Part shown: positions 27,122 to 37,465 of the stretch, piece by piece | Position numbering within the stretch: the stretch's first letter is position 1 | Layout of the letters: each line of letters starts with the position of its first letter | Virus record (IMG/VR): IMGVR_UViG_3300010160_000037 | Span: 1-64,000 of that record | Strand: one strand, 5' to 3' | Length of the DNA stretch: 64,000 nt | Origin: a virus | The notes under the pieces: generated by a model | Databases searched by the model: none | Told to the model about the DNA's origin: nothing | What the model saw: the letters and a program-made list of their open reading frames with translations, nothing else | Made by a program: the position numbers and the translations under genes

Positions 27122-27217
27122 TAAATATATGTGATGCTGATTACCAGCAGAACATACTGTGGTAAACCCGCAATGTAAGGTGGTTATCCGTGTAACACGG
27201 TGTATTGAGGAGCTTCT
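27122..27217 (+). promoter_or_regulatory. Late promoter TAAATA (27122-27127) plus structured 5' leader
   Basis: Three hairpins and a possible pseudoknot before the GAGGAG RBS. Confidence 0.5.
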
Positions 27218-30200
27218 ATGGCCGTAGGTCGAATTACAGGCCCGTTACTTGCAAGTAATTTGCTACGTGACGGTGTAAACTTAGCAGTTGAAACCAACTT
27301 GCTCTATCTTGATGTGACAACAGGTCGCATCGGTATTAAGACGAACTCCCCACAATACGATTTAGATGTAAATGGAACAGCCAATGTTGGCAGTCTAATT
27401 GTTCTAAACACATCTACGCTTGGTCTACTAACAATCACAAAAACCGCAAGTAGCGGAACTATTGGATCTACACTTGGTCCCATCCATATAAAGCCTGCCA
27501 TAGGCAACGAAATTAAATTAGATGCTGACACTACGGTAGACGGTGACTTACACGCTACTGGTAACATTACAGCAGATGGAAACATTGTCTTAGGTAATCA
27601 ACTCGGTGTTGACACACTAACAGTTGGTGCTGAATTTCTTTCAAGCCTAATACCAAAAACACCAAACACTTACAATGTTGGCTCTCAAACTAACAACTGG
27701 AAGAACGGTTACTTCCAACAAGTTCAAGCCGGCAATTTAAAAGCCTATGGTAGCACAATTACTAATCTATTGGCCAGCCAAGGTATTGATATAGCACCAA
27801 AAGGCGGCCCATTAAATGTGCGTGGCGAAATTCGTGTGTGGGGTCAAAATCCTCTAGGTACTGCGCCAGTAACATCAAACGTTTTATACGTTAACGAAGA
27901 TGGTAGCGATACCAACGACGGCGGCGCAATGGATCCAAGTCGTGCATGTCGTACTGTAAGTGGAGCAACTAAGAGTCCTTTATATAAAGAAGGAACAAGT
28001 ATTAAAGTTGCACCAGGCCTTTATAGAGAAAATAATCCTATCCTGATGAAACAATACACATCAGTAATTGGTTCAGACTTACGTACAACACTTATTGAAC
28101 CGATGAATAAGACCCAAGACTTATTCCATGTTCAGTCAGGTTGCTATGTTGCACAGCTAATGATGTACAACGGTCGCTCAGGCCGATTTCCAGGTGGACC
28201 TGGTTATGCTCCGGGTACTAACAGAGGTGCGTATGCTACAGCATTTCCTCCGCAGGTTAACGGAACAAAGATTGACCTGTTCCACTCACCGTACATTCAA
28301 AACTGTACCAACCAATCAGGTCCTTGGTTATATGATGGTACAATGTTTGTACCTAACCAAACTATTCAAATACCAGAAGCAGTTGGCACAGCAACATATC
28401 CTTCAAACACAACAACATTTACTGTTACATTAAGTACAGGATCTGTTTATGTTGGCCAATCAATTAATGGCGGCCCTCCTAGTCCCGGATTCCAAAATGC
28501 TCGTACATTACTATTGGCAAATAAAGCATTTATACAAGAACAAACGATCGCGTATGTTAATCAAACATACGGCGGACCATTCCAATACAATTCTACTAAG
28601 TGCGCCCGCGATACTGGATTGATTGTAGACGGGTTAGGTTTAGACTTAATCTATCAAGGCACAAGTCAGTCAGTATTTTCCGGTCTTCAATACTGGAGCC
28701 AAGGTTCGTACACTGGACAGATTGCCAGTGAAGTAACAACAACTACAAATGCATTTAATTACATAAGTGGTCTTGCACAGCAGATTGTTAGAAACATTGT
28801 AATTGCGGCACCATATCAAAATACACTAACGCAAGTAACTAATCTTCCAGCAGGTGCAGTTATTGATGCTACTCGTGTCGGATCATTGTTTACTACTGTA
28901 ACTAATATTATCACCTACGGACCTGCAGGAATTACTGACAAGATTATTCCTAATGGTACTACTATTACTTCTAACACAAGTACTGTAGCCGCTTATAATT
29001 TACTACAGGCAAATAAAAACTTCCTAAAATCAGAAACTATTGCATGGATCAACGTTTTTAGTCCTGGTAGTTTTGTCTACGACAAAGACAAATGTAAACG
29101 TGATGTAGGATATATCATAGATTGTATATCTTTTGACTTATTAAGAGGCGGAAATAGACAAGCTATTCAAGCTGGTACAGTTTATTACGGATATAGTAAC
29201 ACCACAACTATTCCTAATGAAATTGAACAAACTACTATGGCTTATCAGTACATGAAATCTGTAATAAGTGCAGTAGTTCAAAGTCAACAATTAGTTTCAT
29301 TTTATCAAAGCGAAGTAACGCAAGTACTAGATTCAGTCAATCCTGGATCAGCCGCAGCCGCCACAACTATCAGTTCTAATATTGATCTTATCACTCGATT
29401 AATTACAGTAGGACCTGCTGGCGCCCCTAGCCTAGTACCTATTAGCCTAACACAAACGTCTACTGCTGGGTTGTTAAATGCTTATGCTTTATTAAATGCA
29501 AATAAGAATTTTATTAAAGCAGAAGTTATTGCTTACACAAACAGCTTGCCTAATTTTGTTTATAATCAAGAAAAATGCAAAAGAGATGTTGGCATTATTT
29601 TAGAAAACGTTAGTTTTGATGCACTTGTAGGCGGCAATGCTAAAGCTATTGAATCTGGACTTGCTTATTTTAACGGAGTAAATTCTGTTATTGCTGGCCA
29701 AGAAACACAAAGCGTCGGAGCCATTAACTATGTTAAATCGTTAACTAACTCAATTATTACTAACATGCAGGCCCCTAATTTATTAGGATCTACTGCAACA
29801 CAGCAACAAGTTATTAACTATTCATTTCCGGGCGGCATTGTAGCACAAGATTCTTTAAACAATGCATACGACACGATCACAACAATTATTACAAATGGTC
29901 CAAGTAGTGCTCCAACAAGTTTCTTAGGTTCTGCACCTGATCCTCATTACATGAGCGCAGAAATTCTACTACAGGCCAACAGATCATTTATACAAGAAGA
30001 AGTTGTTACATACTTGAATCAACAATTCTTAACGTTTCCATTTAACACAGCCAAGTGCCAACGTGATGGTGGATTAATTGTTGATTCTATTGCACTAGAT
30101 TTATTGTTCCCAACTGCAACAGACAGTCAAAGTAATTTTGCTGGTTTACAATATTGGTCACAAAGTAGCTATACAGGATTAATTGCTTCTGAAATAACTA

Positions 30201-33200
30201 CTACAACTAATTCTATTACCTATCTAAATAGCTTGGCTCAAAAGATTATTTTAAATGATACATCGGGCCCTCGCTATCAGTCAGCATCTATACAAGACAC
30301 AACAGTTGCACCTAGTACTGCTGAAGTTGCATCTTCTATTGGTACAAACTTTGATCTAATTTTAGATATCCTAAACAACGGTACTGTTGGAATAACTGAT
30401 AAAATAATTCCAAGCGGATTAGCAACAAACGATCCTAGAGTAGTTCATGCATACACACAATTACAAAATAATAAATCTTATATACAAGACGAAGTAGTTG
30501 CGTATGTTGAGTCAACTAAGACCGCTGATTTTGTTTACGATCAAACTAAATGCCGACGTGATGTTGGATACATGATCGACTCTATTAGCTTTGATTGTCT
30601 GTATGGCGGCAACCGCCAAAGTATTATGGCAGGAGTTGATTACTACAGTCATAGTGCAGTCACATCTGTGCAAACACCAGCAGAGACTACAGCAACTATT
30701 GCCGCATATACTCATTTAAGTGATATTATTGTAGGAATTATTACAGCAACACCTATAGCACGTACTGCCAATAATTTAATTGATCAGGTAATAGATCTTC
30801 CGCCAGCAACCAGCGCAGAAGTAACTTCTGCTAGAGCTAAGATTGCTAAGATATCTAATATTATTACCAACGGACCAAGCGTGGCTTCCGCACTGACTCC
30901 GATTAGCCTGACTCCAAGTACCAATGAAAATATTCAACGTGCCTATGCATTGCTAGAAGCCAACAGAGATTTTATTGCAAATGAAATGGTGCAGTATGCA
31001 CAAAACACCTACAATGGTGGTGGCTTCCAATACAATCAAGCCAAGTGCTCGCGCGATACTGGGCTGTTAGTTGACGGATTTATAACTGACTTAGGTTGGT
31101 CTGCTAACGGCTATACCAATACTAGATTTGCAGGATTACAATATTGGAATCAGTCAGGTTACACAGGTCAAATTGTTAACGAATTAACTACAACTACTGC
31201 CGCAATTAATTACGTAAAAACAATGGCTAAAGAAGCCATAGTGAATACTGTTGGGACACGTTATCAAAGTACAATTACTCAACAAATTAATTTACCTTCT
31301 GCTACATTGTCTGAAGCCAGTACGATAGATACTGAATTTAAAATAATAACAGATATTTTAACTACTGGTACTGTTGGTATAACAGATAAAGTTGTATCAA
31401 ACGGATTAGCTATAACTTCAGCCAATGCACAAAACGCTTATAATATATTACAGGCGAACAAAGCATATTTCCAAGCTGAAGCTATTGCGTTTGTTGAAAC
31501 TACTAAGACACAAAGTTTTGTTTACAATCAAGATAAATGTTTTAGAGATACAGGATTAATCGTAGACACTATTTGTCAAGATTTAATGTTTGCAACTACA
31601 AGCAGTCAATCTACTTTTGCTGGACTACAGTATTGGGCGCAAACATCAACATCTATTCCAGGCGAAGTTACAACAACAACTAATGCTATTAATTACGTAT
31701 CTGACCTGGCCCAAAAAATTATAGTTGGAAACAAATCTGGTACTAGATACCAATCAGCAGTTGCTCAAACAACCAGCACAAGTCTAGCATACGGTACAGC
31801 AGTTGAACAGTCTACACTTTCTTCTGAGTTCAATCTTATTACCGATATTATTACCAACGGTGTTGTTAATCTTACAAACAGAATTGTACCTAATGGATAT
31901 GTATCTAGCACAGTTGCTACTACATTAAATGCCTATAATTTATTAGTAGCCAACTTAACCTATTTGCAAGCAGAAGCGGTTGCTTACGTAGAGTCAACAA
32001 AGACAGCTGGATTCACATACGACCAAACCAAATGCCGTAGAGACATTGGCTATATGGTAACCAGCGTAGCCTTTGACTTACTATGGGGCGGCAACAAACA
32101 AGCTATTCAAAGCGGAGCATATTATTATAATTACTCAGCAAGTACTTCTACTATTCCAACAGAGAAACCACAAACGCTTGCGGCATACAATTATTTAAAA
32201 ACCCTAGTTGGAAATATTGTTACTAACACAGCGATTACTCCTAGTAAAGGTAATACTGCAATTCAGTATACAAATGCAGAACCGGCTACTGTTGCTGAAG
32301 TTACAGCGTTGCAAGCATCAATTTCTACAATTACTAACATTATAACAAATGGTCCAAGTGTTGCGGCAACAAAACTTCCAATATCACTAACACCTAGCAC
32401 AAATATTGCAGTTGGAAATGCAGTAGACTTGCTACAAGCAAATAGACAATTTATACAACAAGAACTTGTTGCATGGATTAATGAGAACTACGGCGACTTT
32501 ACATACGACTTGGCCAAATGCAAACGCGATGTTGGCTATATGATCGATTCTGTTAGTTATGATCTGTTGTGGGGCGGAAATAGACAAGCCATCACCAGCG
32601 GTGTTTACTACTATTCATTCAGTGGTCCTTCAAGCATTCCTGGAGAAAATCAACAAACTCTAGCGGCTTACCAACGCATGAGCGAAATCCTTGGAGACAT
32701 TATTACTAATTCTCCAATACAGGTTAGTTCAGGCAATGTAACACCTCAACAATTTAATAACTCTCCATCAACTATTGAGACAGCATCTGCACTAAACGCC
32801 ATGGTTGCGTTACTATTAGATATAATAAACAACGGACCAACTGCCGCAGGTACAAAACAACCAATTAGCTTAGAACGCAATACAGATCAAAATATCGTTA
32901 ATGCTCAAACATTATTAACCTTGAACAGACAGTTTATTAGAGATGAAGTTATTGCGTATGTTAACAGTTCGTTCCCTAACTATCAAGGCAATAATGGTTT
33001 TAATTACGATCAATCAAAGTGCTATCGTGATACCGGATTAATTATTGATGCTATCAGCCAAGATTTATTAGTAGGCGGCAATAGAAAAACTATTGAAGCT
33101 GGAGTAAGCTACTGGACTGGTGGCCGCAATGTTGTTTACGATGAGCTTCCTCAATTTAATGCCGCATTAACTTATATTAAAGATTTGTCAAGACAGATTG

Positions 33201-36200
33201 TACAAAATCAAACAGTAACAGCATTGGGCAATGCTCCTCAAACTATCAACACATACTTTGGTGGCGGCATTTATGCTATTGACAGTATCAATCGATTAAT
33301 AGATACATTTACAACTATTGTTACTAAGGGTCCTGCATTTAGTCCAATTGGGTACGAAGGTGCTGGTACATTCTCTGCATTATCTCCTACATCAGCAGAC
33401 TACACACAAGTAGCATCTACAGTATTACAGGCTGATCAGGTAGGTGTAAACGAATATCAAATTACATTAAATGTTCCTACGCAGGGTCCTGGCATTAATC
33501 AAACAATATATTTTGGTCAAACATCAGTTTATCCTTTACAAGATAAAGATGTTCCAGATATATATTCCGATCGAAAAGTTGATCCATGGGGTTCTATTGG
33601 CGGAAGTCTAGTAGACGGTGGCGTAATTAGCGATCGTTCACCAATCCAGTCTTTTGTTTACGATGCGTTTACTCAGGTCAACCAAGGTGGTATTGGTATC
33701 CATATCACAAACAACGGCTATGCACAGCTGGTGTCTGTGTTTACAATTTTCTGCGGTACTTCTGTGCTTGTAGAGAACGGCGGTATTTGTTCTATTACTA
33801 ACTCGAACGCCAACTTTGGCGACTACTGTCTAGTATCTAAAGGCTACGGTAAGCGCAGTTTCTTTGGTGAGATTACTAATCCGGCAGTCCTGCCTTACTA
33901 TCCAAACGGTTTCTTTCCACAGAATCAACAAGTCGAAGTATACTGTCCAGATCCTGCTGACCGTCCGCACATTGGACAGGTTATGGAAGTTGAAGTTCCG
34001 GAGACATATCGAAATGCGCAAGGCTTGCCCGGTTATCTTTCTGCTATTGTTAATACCAGCACACTAACCGCAGGCAGTATCAGTATTGACGGTATTGACA
34101 CTACTGGTGTTGTTATTGGTCAAAGCATATATGCACGTGACCAATTTGGTAGCTACAATGATCTATTTGGAAATCGATACATAACTGAAGGTACAGTGGT
34201 TACAGACGTTAACTTCCTGTCAATTTCGCTAAGTAGTCCTATTAATGCAGGTGGTGGAGATGTTGCTAATGCTAATTTCTTTACCATGTATGTAACAGGA
34301 AACGCCTATTATACTATTAGAGGAAGCACATTAGCACCAGATCCTTTCACTCCAGGAACCAAATTAATTGGTGCCAGTAGAACCGAACAAGGAAACGATC
34401 AAACGATTGAAGAGATCCAAGCAATTACCTATCTAAGTAGTTTAACAAATAGTGTTGTAACTAACAAGTTGATCAATGCGTTCCAATCAACAATAACACA
34501 ATTTACAAATATTGCTCTAGCAACAGGCGGCCAGTCGACCGTGAGAATGGGCCAATTGTTTACAACATTAGAAACTATAATTAACAATGGTCCAAGTTCA
34601 GCACCTACGGTTGCTAGAACAGGAATCGTAGCACCAGGTGCAAGCGATTCATCTTCGTTGTTAAGGTCAAACAAATTATTCTTACAAACTGAAATTGTTA
34701 ATTATATCAATAGTCTTTATTTTGTCTATGATCATGCTACTTGTAAGCGTGATCTAGGATACATCCTAGATAGCTTTGCATATGATGTTGCTTTCCAATC
34801 TAATTATCAAGCTATTAAGAGTGGCCAGGCATATAACAGAAATGTTGCAGGTAGCAAATATGTTTTAGAAAATGAAAAAACACAAACTACAGATGCAATT
34901 AGCAGGCTAGGTGCTATCACCAACCAATTAGCTGGTGTTAGTACAGTGACTTCGGCTATTAGTGTTATTAACTTAGATGCTATCTACATTCAAAATATTA
35001 TCAACAACGGTGACGGCGCAGGCCCTGCATACTCTATGCCTGCTCCTGCAGGATTAGATGCAGGCATTGTTGGTGCTATTAGTTTAATCAATAACAATAT
35101 TCAATTTATTACAGAAGAATTAATTGGATGGATCAACTATACATATCCAGTATTCACATATGATGCAGTTAAATGTAAGAGAGATATGGGTTACATTTTA
35201 GACGCTGTACATTGGGATGTACTATTAGGTACAAATTATCGTGCTGTAAAGGCGGGCCAAGCATATTATCTTGGCAATGCCGGTAATGTATTAACCTATG
35301 AAAAATCTGCAACGATTGCGGCATTTAATTTTATTAAAACAAATGCATTGTTATTACCTGCGGTAACCGTAAGTACTGTAGCAACAACTACGTTGAATAC
35401 TGATATTGCAACAATCAATGACATATTACAAAATGGCGTAAGTGTATCTCCAACAGTAACCTACACATTACCTTCAAATATTGCTTCTGGGTTTGATAGT
35501 GCAAGTTTATTATTACAAAATAATATTGCATTTATTCAAGCAGAAGTAGAAGCTTATGTATATACAACTTATACAGCTGGCGGTTTTATATATGATCGTA
35601 CAAAATGTAAACGTGATGTAGGATACTTGATGCAAGCACTCATATACGATATTACGTATGGTGGAAACTCTATGAGTGTTGACGCGGCCTTACAATATTT
35701 TGATAATTCTAATAACAATGTCAGTACTATTCCAAACGAAGAAACACAGACTGTTGCGGCTATTAACTACATCAATACTATTTGCCAGCGCATTATAGTT
35801 AACTTGTCTCCGTTAGTATCATATCAGACAGTTGGCATTATTACTCAATATAAAAACAGTTCTTATATAAACGGGGCCAACGCAGGCTCTACCGTGGCAT
35901 TATTGATCACAGAAATGAGTAATATTGTAGGTAATGGTCCTGGATCAGCACCTATAATTACAACTCCAAGTATTACTTGGGTAAACGCGACGACCCGTGC
36001 GGCCGGAATAGCAATTAACGCAAATGCAAATTCAATCGCAACTCAAGCTATTACTTTCATTGGACAAAATTTTGATGTATTCACATACGATCAAACTGCT
36101 TGTCGTAGAGATATAGGCTATATATTGCAGGCCCTGATATATGATTTAACCTACGGTGGTAACTGGCAAACTGTTGACTCTGGAAGATTATACTGGAACG

Positions 36201-37054
36201 GAACAACGTCATTGATTCCAAATGAACAAAAACAAACAATTGGCGCATGGAATCGCATGTTGTATCTACTAGGTCAGATAATTCAAAATCAAAATCCCGC
36301 GAATAGTTACCAGGCGACATATAGTCAATTCACCAATGGCTCGATAACTACCGGTGTAAATGCTTTACCTGCGTTAACTAACTCGATTGGAATATTAACC
36401 AGCATCATTCAAAATGGTCTCAGCTACGCTCCTGCTATTGTATATCCAAACATAACGCAAGCTTCTTCTGTGTTGCAGGGAATATACAACATTATCCAAA
36501 CACAAAAGACTTCTCTAGTTAATCAGGTAATTACATACATTGATGGAAAGTATAACGGATTTGAATACAATCAAGCACTATGTAAACGTGACGTTGGGTA
36601 TATCATTGATGCTGTAGCGGCTGACTTAGTAAGTGGCGGCAATTACAATACTGTATTAGCTGGTCAAAGTTACTATGCCCGTGCCGGAACACATCATTAT
36701 GTAGAATTAGAAGACAACATTACTGATGCAGGACTATTTTCAGATAAGGCACTGGTGAATTTCTATCAACGTTCATACATGTCAGCTTCTGGCTACTTGT
36801 TTGAGTATGTAGGTGCAGGTTCTAACTACGGTGCATTACCACAAATTGGTCGTGCAGATCCAATACAAGAAAGAGAAACTATACAGTTGAATAACGGTAA
36901 GGTATTCTTTACATCAACAGACCAAAACGGTGACTTCCGTATTGGCCCAGGATTGGTAATTAGCCAGGCAACTGGTGTGTTATCAGGACGTACATTTACT
37001 AAGTCATTGTTTGCTAATTTGACACCGTTCATCTTGGCAATTGAAGGAATATAA
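27218..37054 (+). CDS. Giant virion protein (3278 aa): beta-helix (pectin-lyase-like) scaffold carrying 15 phycobiliprotein-like CxRD repeats
   Basis: VLYVNEDGSDTNDG...VAPGLYRE...GSDLRTT...SPYIQNCT scaffold; 15 copies of F.Y[DN]..[KTAL]C.RD.G. Confidence 0.75.
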   Translation: MAVGRITGPLLASNLLRDGVNLAVETNLLYLDVTTGRIGIKTNSPQYDLDVNGTANVGSLIVLNTSTLGLLTITKTASSGTIGSTLGPIHIKPAIGNEIKLDADTTVDGDLHATGNITADGNIVLGNQLGVDTLTVGAEFLSSLIPKTPNTYNVGSQTNNWKNGYFQQVQAGNLKAYGSTITNLLASQGIDIAPKGGPLNVRGEIRVWGQNPLGTAPVTSNVLYVNEDGSDTNDGGAMDPSRACRTVSGATKSPLYKEGTSIKVAPGLYRENNPILMKQYTSVIGSDLRTTLIEPMNKTQDLFHVQSGCYVAQLMMYNGRSGRFPGGPGYAPGTNRGAYATAFPPQVNGTKIDLFHSPYIQNCTNQSGPWLYDGTMFVPNQTIQIPEAVGTATYPSNTTTFTVTLSTGSVYVGQSINGGPPSPGFQNARTLLLANKAFIQEQTIAYVNQTYGGPFQYNSTKCARDTGLIVDGLGLDLIYQGTSQSVFSGLQYWSQGSYTGQIASEVTTTTNAFNYISGLAQQIVRNIVIAAPYQNTLTQVTNLPAGAVIDATRVGSLFTTVTNIITYGPAGITDKIIPNGTTITSNTSTVAAYNLLQANKNFLKSETIAWINVFSPGSFVYDKDKCKRDVGYIIDCISFDLLRGGNRQAIQAGTVYYGYSNTTTIPNEIEQTTMAYQYMKSVISAVVQSQQLVSFYQSEVTQVLDSVNPGSAAAATTISSNIDLITRLITVGPAGAPSLVPISLTQTSTAGLLNAYALLNANKNFIKAEVIAYTNSLPNFVYNQEKCKRDVGIILENVSFDALVGGNAKAIESGLAYFNGVNSVIAGQETQSVGAINYVKSLTNSIITNMQAPNLLGSTATQQQVINYSFPGGIVAQDSLNNAYDTITTIITNGPSSAPTSFLGSAPDPHYMSAEILLQANRSFIQEEVVTYLNQQFLTFPFNTAKCQRDGGLIVDSIALDLLFPTATDSQSNFAGLQYWSQSSYTGLIASEITTTTNSITYLNSLAQKIILNDTSGPRYQSASIQDTTVAPSTAEVASSIGTNFDLILDILNNGTVGITDKIIPSGLATNDPRVVHAYTQLQNNKSYIQDEVVAYVESTKTADFVYDQTKCRRDVGYMIDSISFDCLYGGNRQSIMAGVDYYSHSAVTSVQTPAETTATIAAYTHLSDIIVGIITATPIARTANNLIDQVIDLPPATSAEVTSARAKIAKISNIITNGPSVASALTPISLTPSTNENIQRAYALLEANRDFIANEMVQYAQNTYNGGGFQYNQAKCSRDTGLLVDGFITDLGWSANGYTNTRFAGLQYWNQSGYTGQIVNELTTTTAAINYVKTMAKEAIVNTVGTRYQSTITQQINLPSATLSEASTIDTEFKIITDILTTGTVGITDKVVSNGLAITSANAQNAYNILQANKAYFQAEAIAFVETTKTQSFVYNQDKCFRDTGLIVDTICQDLMFATTSSQSTFAGLQYWAQTSTSIPGEVTTTTNAINYVSDLAQKIIVGNKSGTRYQSAVAQTTSTSLAYGTAVEQSTLSSEFNLITDIITNGVVNLTNRIVPNGYVSSTVATTLNAYNLLVANLTYLQAEAVAYVESTKTAGFTYDQTKCRRDIGYMVTSVAFDLLWGGNKQAIQSGAYYYNYSASTSTIPTEKPQTLAAYNYLKTLVGNIVTNTAITPSKGNTAIQYTNAEPATVAEVTALQASISTITNIITNGPSVAATKLPISLTPSTNIAVGNAVDLLQANRQFIQQELVAWINENYGDFTYDLAKCKRDVGYMIDSVSYDLLWGGNRQAITSGVYYYSFSGPSSIPGENQQTLAAYQRMSEILGDIITNSPIQVSSGNVTPQQFNNSPSTIETASALNAMVALLLDIINNGPTAAGTKQPISLERNTDQNIVNAQTLLTLNRQFIRDEVIAYVNSSFPNYQGNNGFNYDQSKCYRDTGLIIDAISQDLLVGGNRKTIEAGVSYWTGGRNVVYDELPQFNAALTYIKDLSRQIVQNQTVTALGNAPQTINTYFGGGIYAIDSINRLIDTFTTIVTKGPAFSPIGYEGAGTFSALSPTSADYTQVASTVLQADQVGVNEYQITLNVPTQGPGINQTIYFGQTSVYPLQDKDVPDIYSDRKVDPWGSIGGSLVDGGVISDRSPIQSFVYDAFTQVNQGGIGIHITNNGYAQLVSVFTIFCGTSVLVENGGICSITNSNANFGDYCLVSKGYGKRSFFGEITNPAVLPYYPNGFFPQNQQVEVYCPDPADRPHIGQVMEVEVPETYRNAQGLPGYLSAIVNTSTLTAGSISIDGIDTTGVVIGQSIYARDQFGSYNDLFGNRYITEGTVVTDVNFLSISLSSPINAGGGDVANANFFTMYVTGNAYYTIRGSTLAPDPFTPGTKLIGASRTEQGNDQTIEEIQAITYLSSLTNSVVTNKLINAFQSTITQFTNIALATGGQSTVRMGQLFTTLETIINNGPSSAPTVARTGIVAPGASDSSSLLRSNKLFLQTEIVNYINSLYFVYDHATCKRDLGYILDSFAYDVAFQSNYQAIKSGQAYNRNVAGSKYVLENEKTQTTDAISRLGAITNQLAGVSTVTSAISVINLDAIYIQNIINNGDGAGPAYSMPAPAGLDAGIVGAISLINNNIQFITEELIGWINYTYPVFTYDAVKCKRDMGYILDAVHWDVLLGTNYRAVKAGQAYYLGNAGNVLTYEKSATIAAFNFIKTNALLLPAVTVSTVATTTLNTDIATINDILQNGVSVSPTVTYTLPSNIASGFDSASLLLQNNIAFIQAEVEAYVYTTYTAGGFIYDRTKCKRDVGYLMQALIYDITYGGNSMSVDAALQYFDNSNNNVSTIPNEETQTVAAINYINTICQRIIVNLSPLVSYQTVGIITQYKNSSYINGANAGSTVALLITEMSNIVGNGPGSAPIITTPSITWVNATTRAAGIAINANANSIATQAITFIGQNFDVFTYDQTACRRDIGYILQALIYDLTYGGNWQTVDSGRLYWNGTTSLIPNEQKQTIGAWNRMLYLLGQIIQNQNPANSYQATYSQFTNGSITTGVNALPALTNSIGILTSIIQNGLSYAPAIVYPNITQASSVLQGIYNIIQTQKTSLVNQVITYIDGKYNGFEYNQALCKRDVGYIIDAVAADLVSGGNYNTVLAGQSYYARAGTHHYVELEDNITDAGLFSDKALVNFYQRSYMSASGYLFEYVGAGSNYGALPQIGRADPIQERETIQLNNGKVFFTSTDQNGDFRIGPGLVISQATGVLSGRTFTKSLFANLTPFILAIEGI
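28490..33340 (+). repeat. Protein repeat block 1: 10 units of ~160-167 aa
   Basis: Cys codons at 28601, 29093, 29576, 30056, 30551, 31046, 31538, 32033, 32519 and 33020. Confidence 0.9.
34400..36680 (+). repeat. Protein repeat block 2: 5 units of ~144-165 aa
   Basis: Cys codons at 34742, 35174, 35606, 36101 and 36581. Confidence 0.88.
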
Positions 37055-37066
37055 GGATAAAATAAC

Positions 37067-37453
37067 ATGGCATTAATTCCATTAAACGTATTCAAGACAA
37101 AAACTTTTGTCTTGACCACACAAACAAATACATTTGTTTATACAGCACCTGTTGGAGTTACATCAATCGTATTGATGGCAAACGTATCCAACGTAACAAC
37201 AGCAACTACAGCGGCAGTAACTTTTGCGCACCATAGGAATCTTCCGGTCTTGCCGGATGCACAGGGCAACGGAGGGCAGGCGGCAAACGTAACTACAGAA
37301 ATTGTTTCAGGATTTCAGATACCTCCGCAAGATGCTTCAAACATGTTGCCCGGTAAAATGATTATCGAGAGTTTAGACAGCGTAGTGGCATACGCAGACA
37401 CTGTTAGCTCATTAAAATTAACTCTAAGTATCTTAGAAACAGCCAACGCATAA
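37067..37453 (+). CDS. Small structural protein (paralog of 26073-26402)
   Basis: VYTAPVGVTSIVLMANVSN...IPPQDA...GKMIIESLD...LKLTLSILE. Confidence 0.65.
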   Translation: MALIPLNVFKTKTFVLTTQTNTFVYTAPVGVTSIVLMANVSNVTTATTAAVTFAHHRNLPVLPDAQGNGGQAANVTTEIVSGFQIPPQDASNMLPGKMIIESLDSVVAYADTVSSLKLTLSILETANA

Positions 37454-37465
37454 TAGGAATCAACG

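Noticed and set aside
27218-37054. Calling the phage a cyanophage with a true phycobilisome gene
   Set aside because: The repeats lack the X/Y helices and sit inside a structural protein. No photosynthesis or bilin genes are in the window, so the host cannot be assigned.
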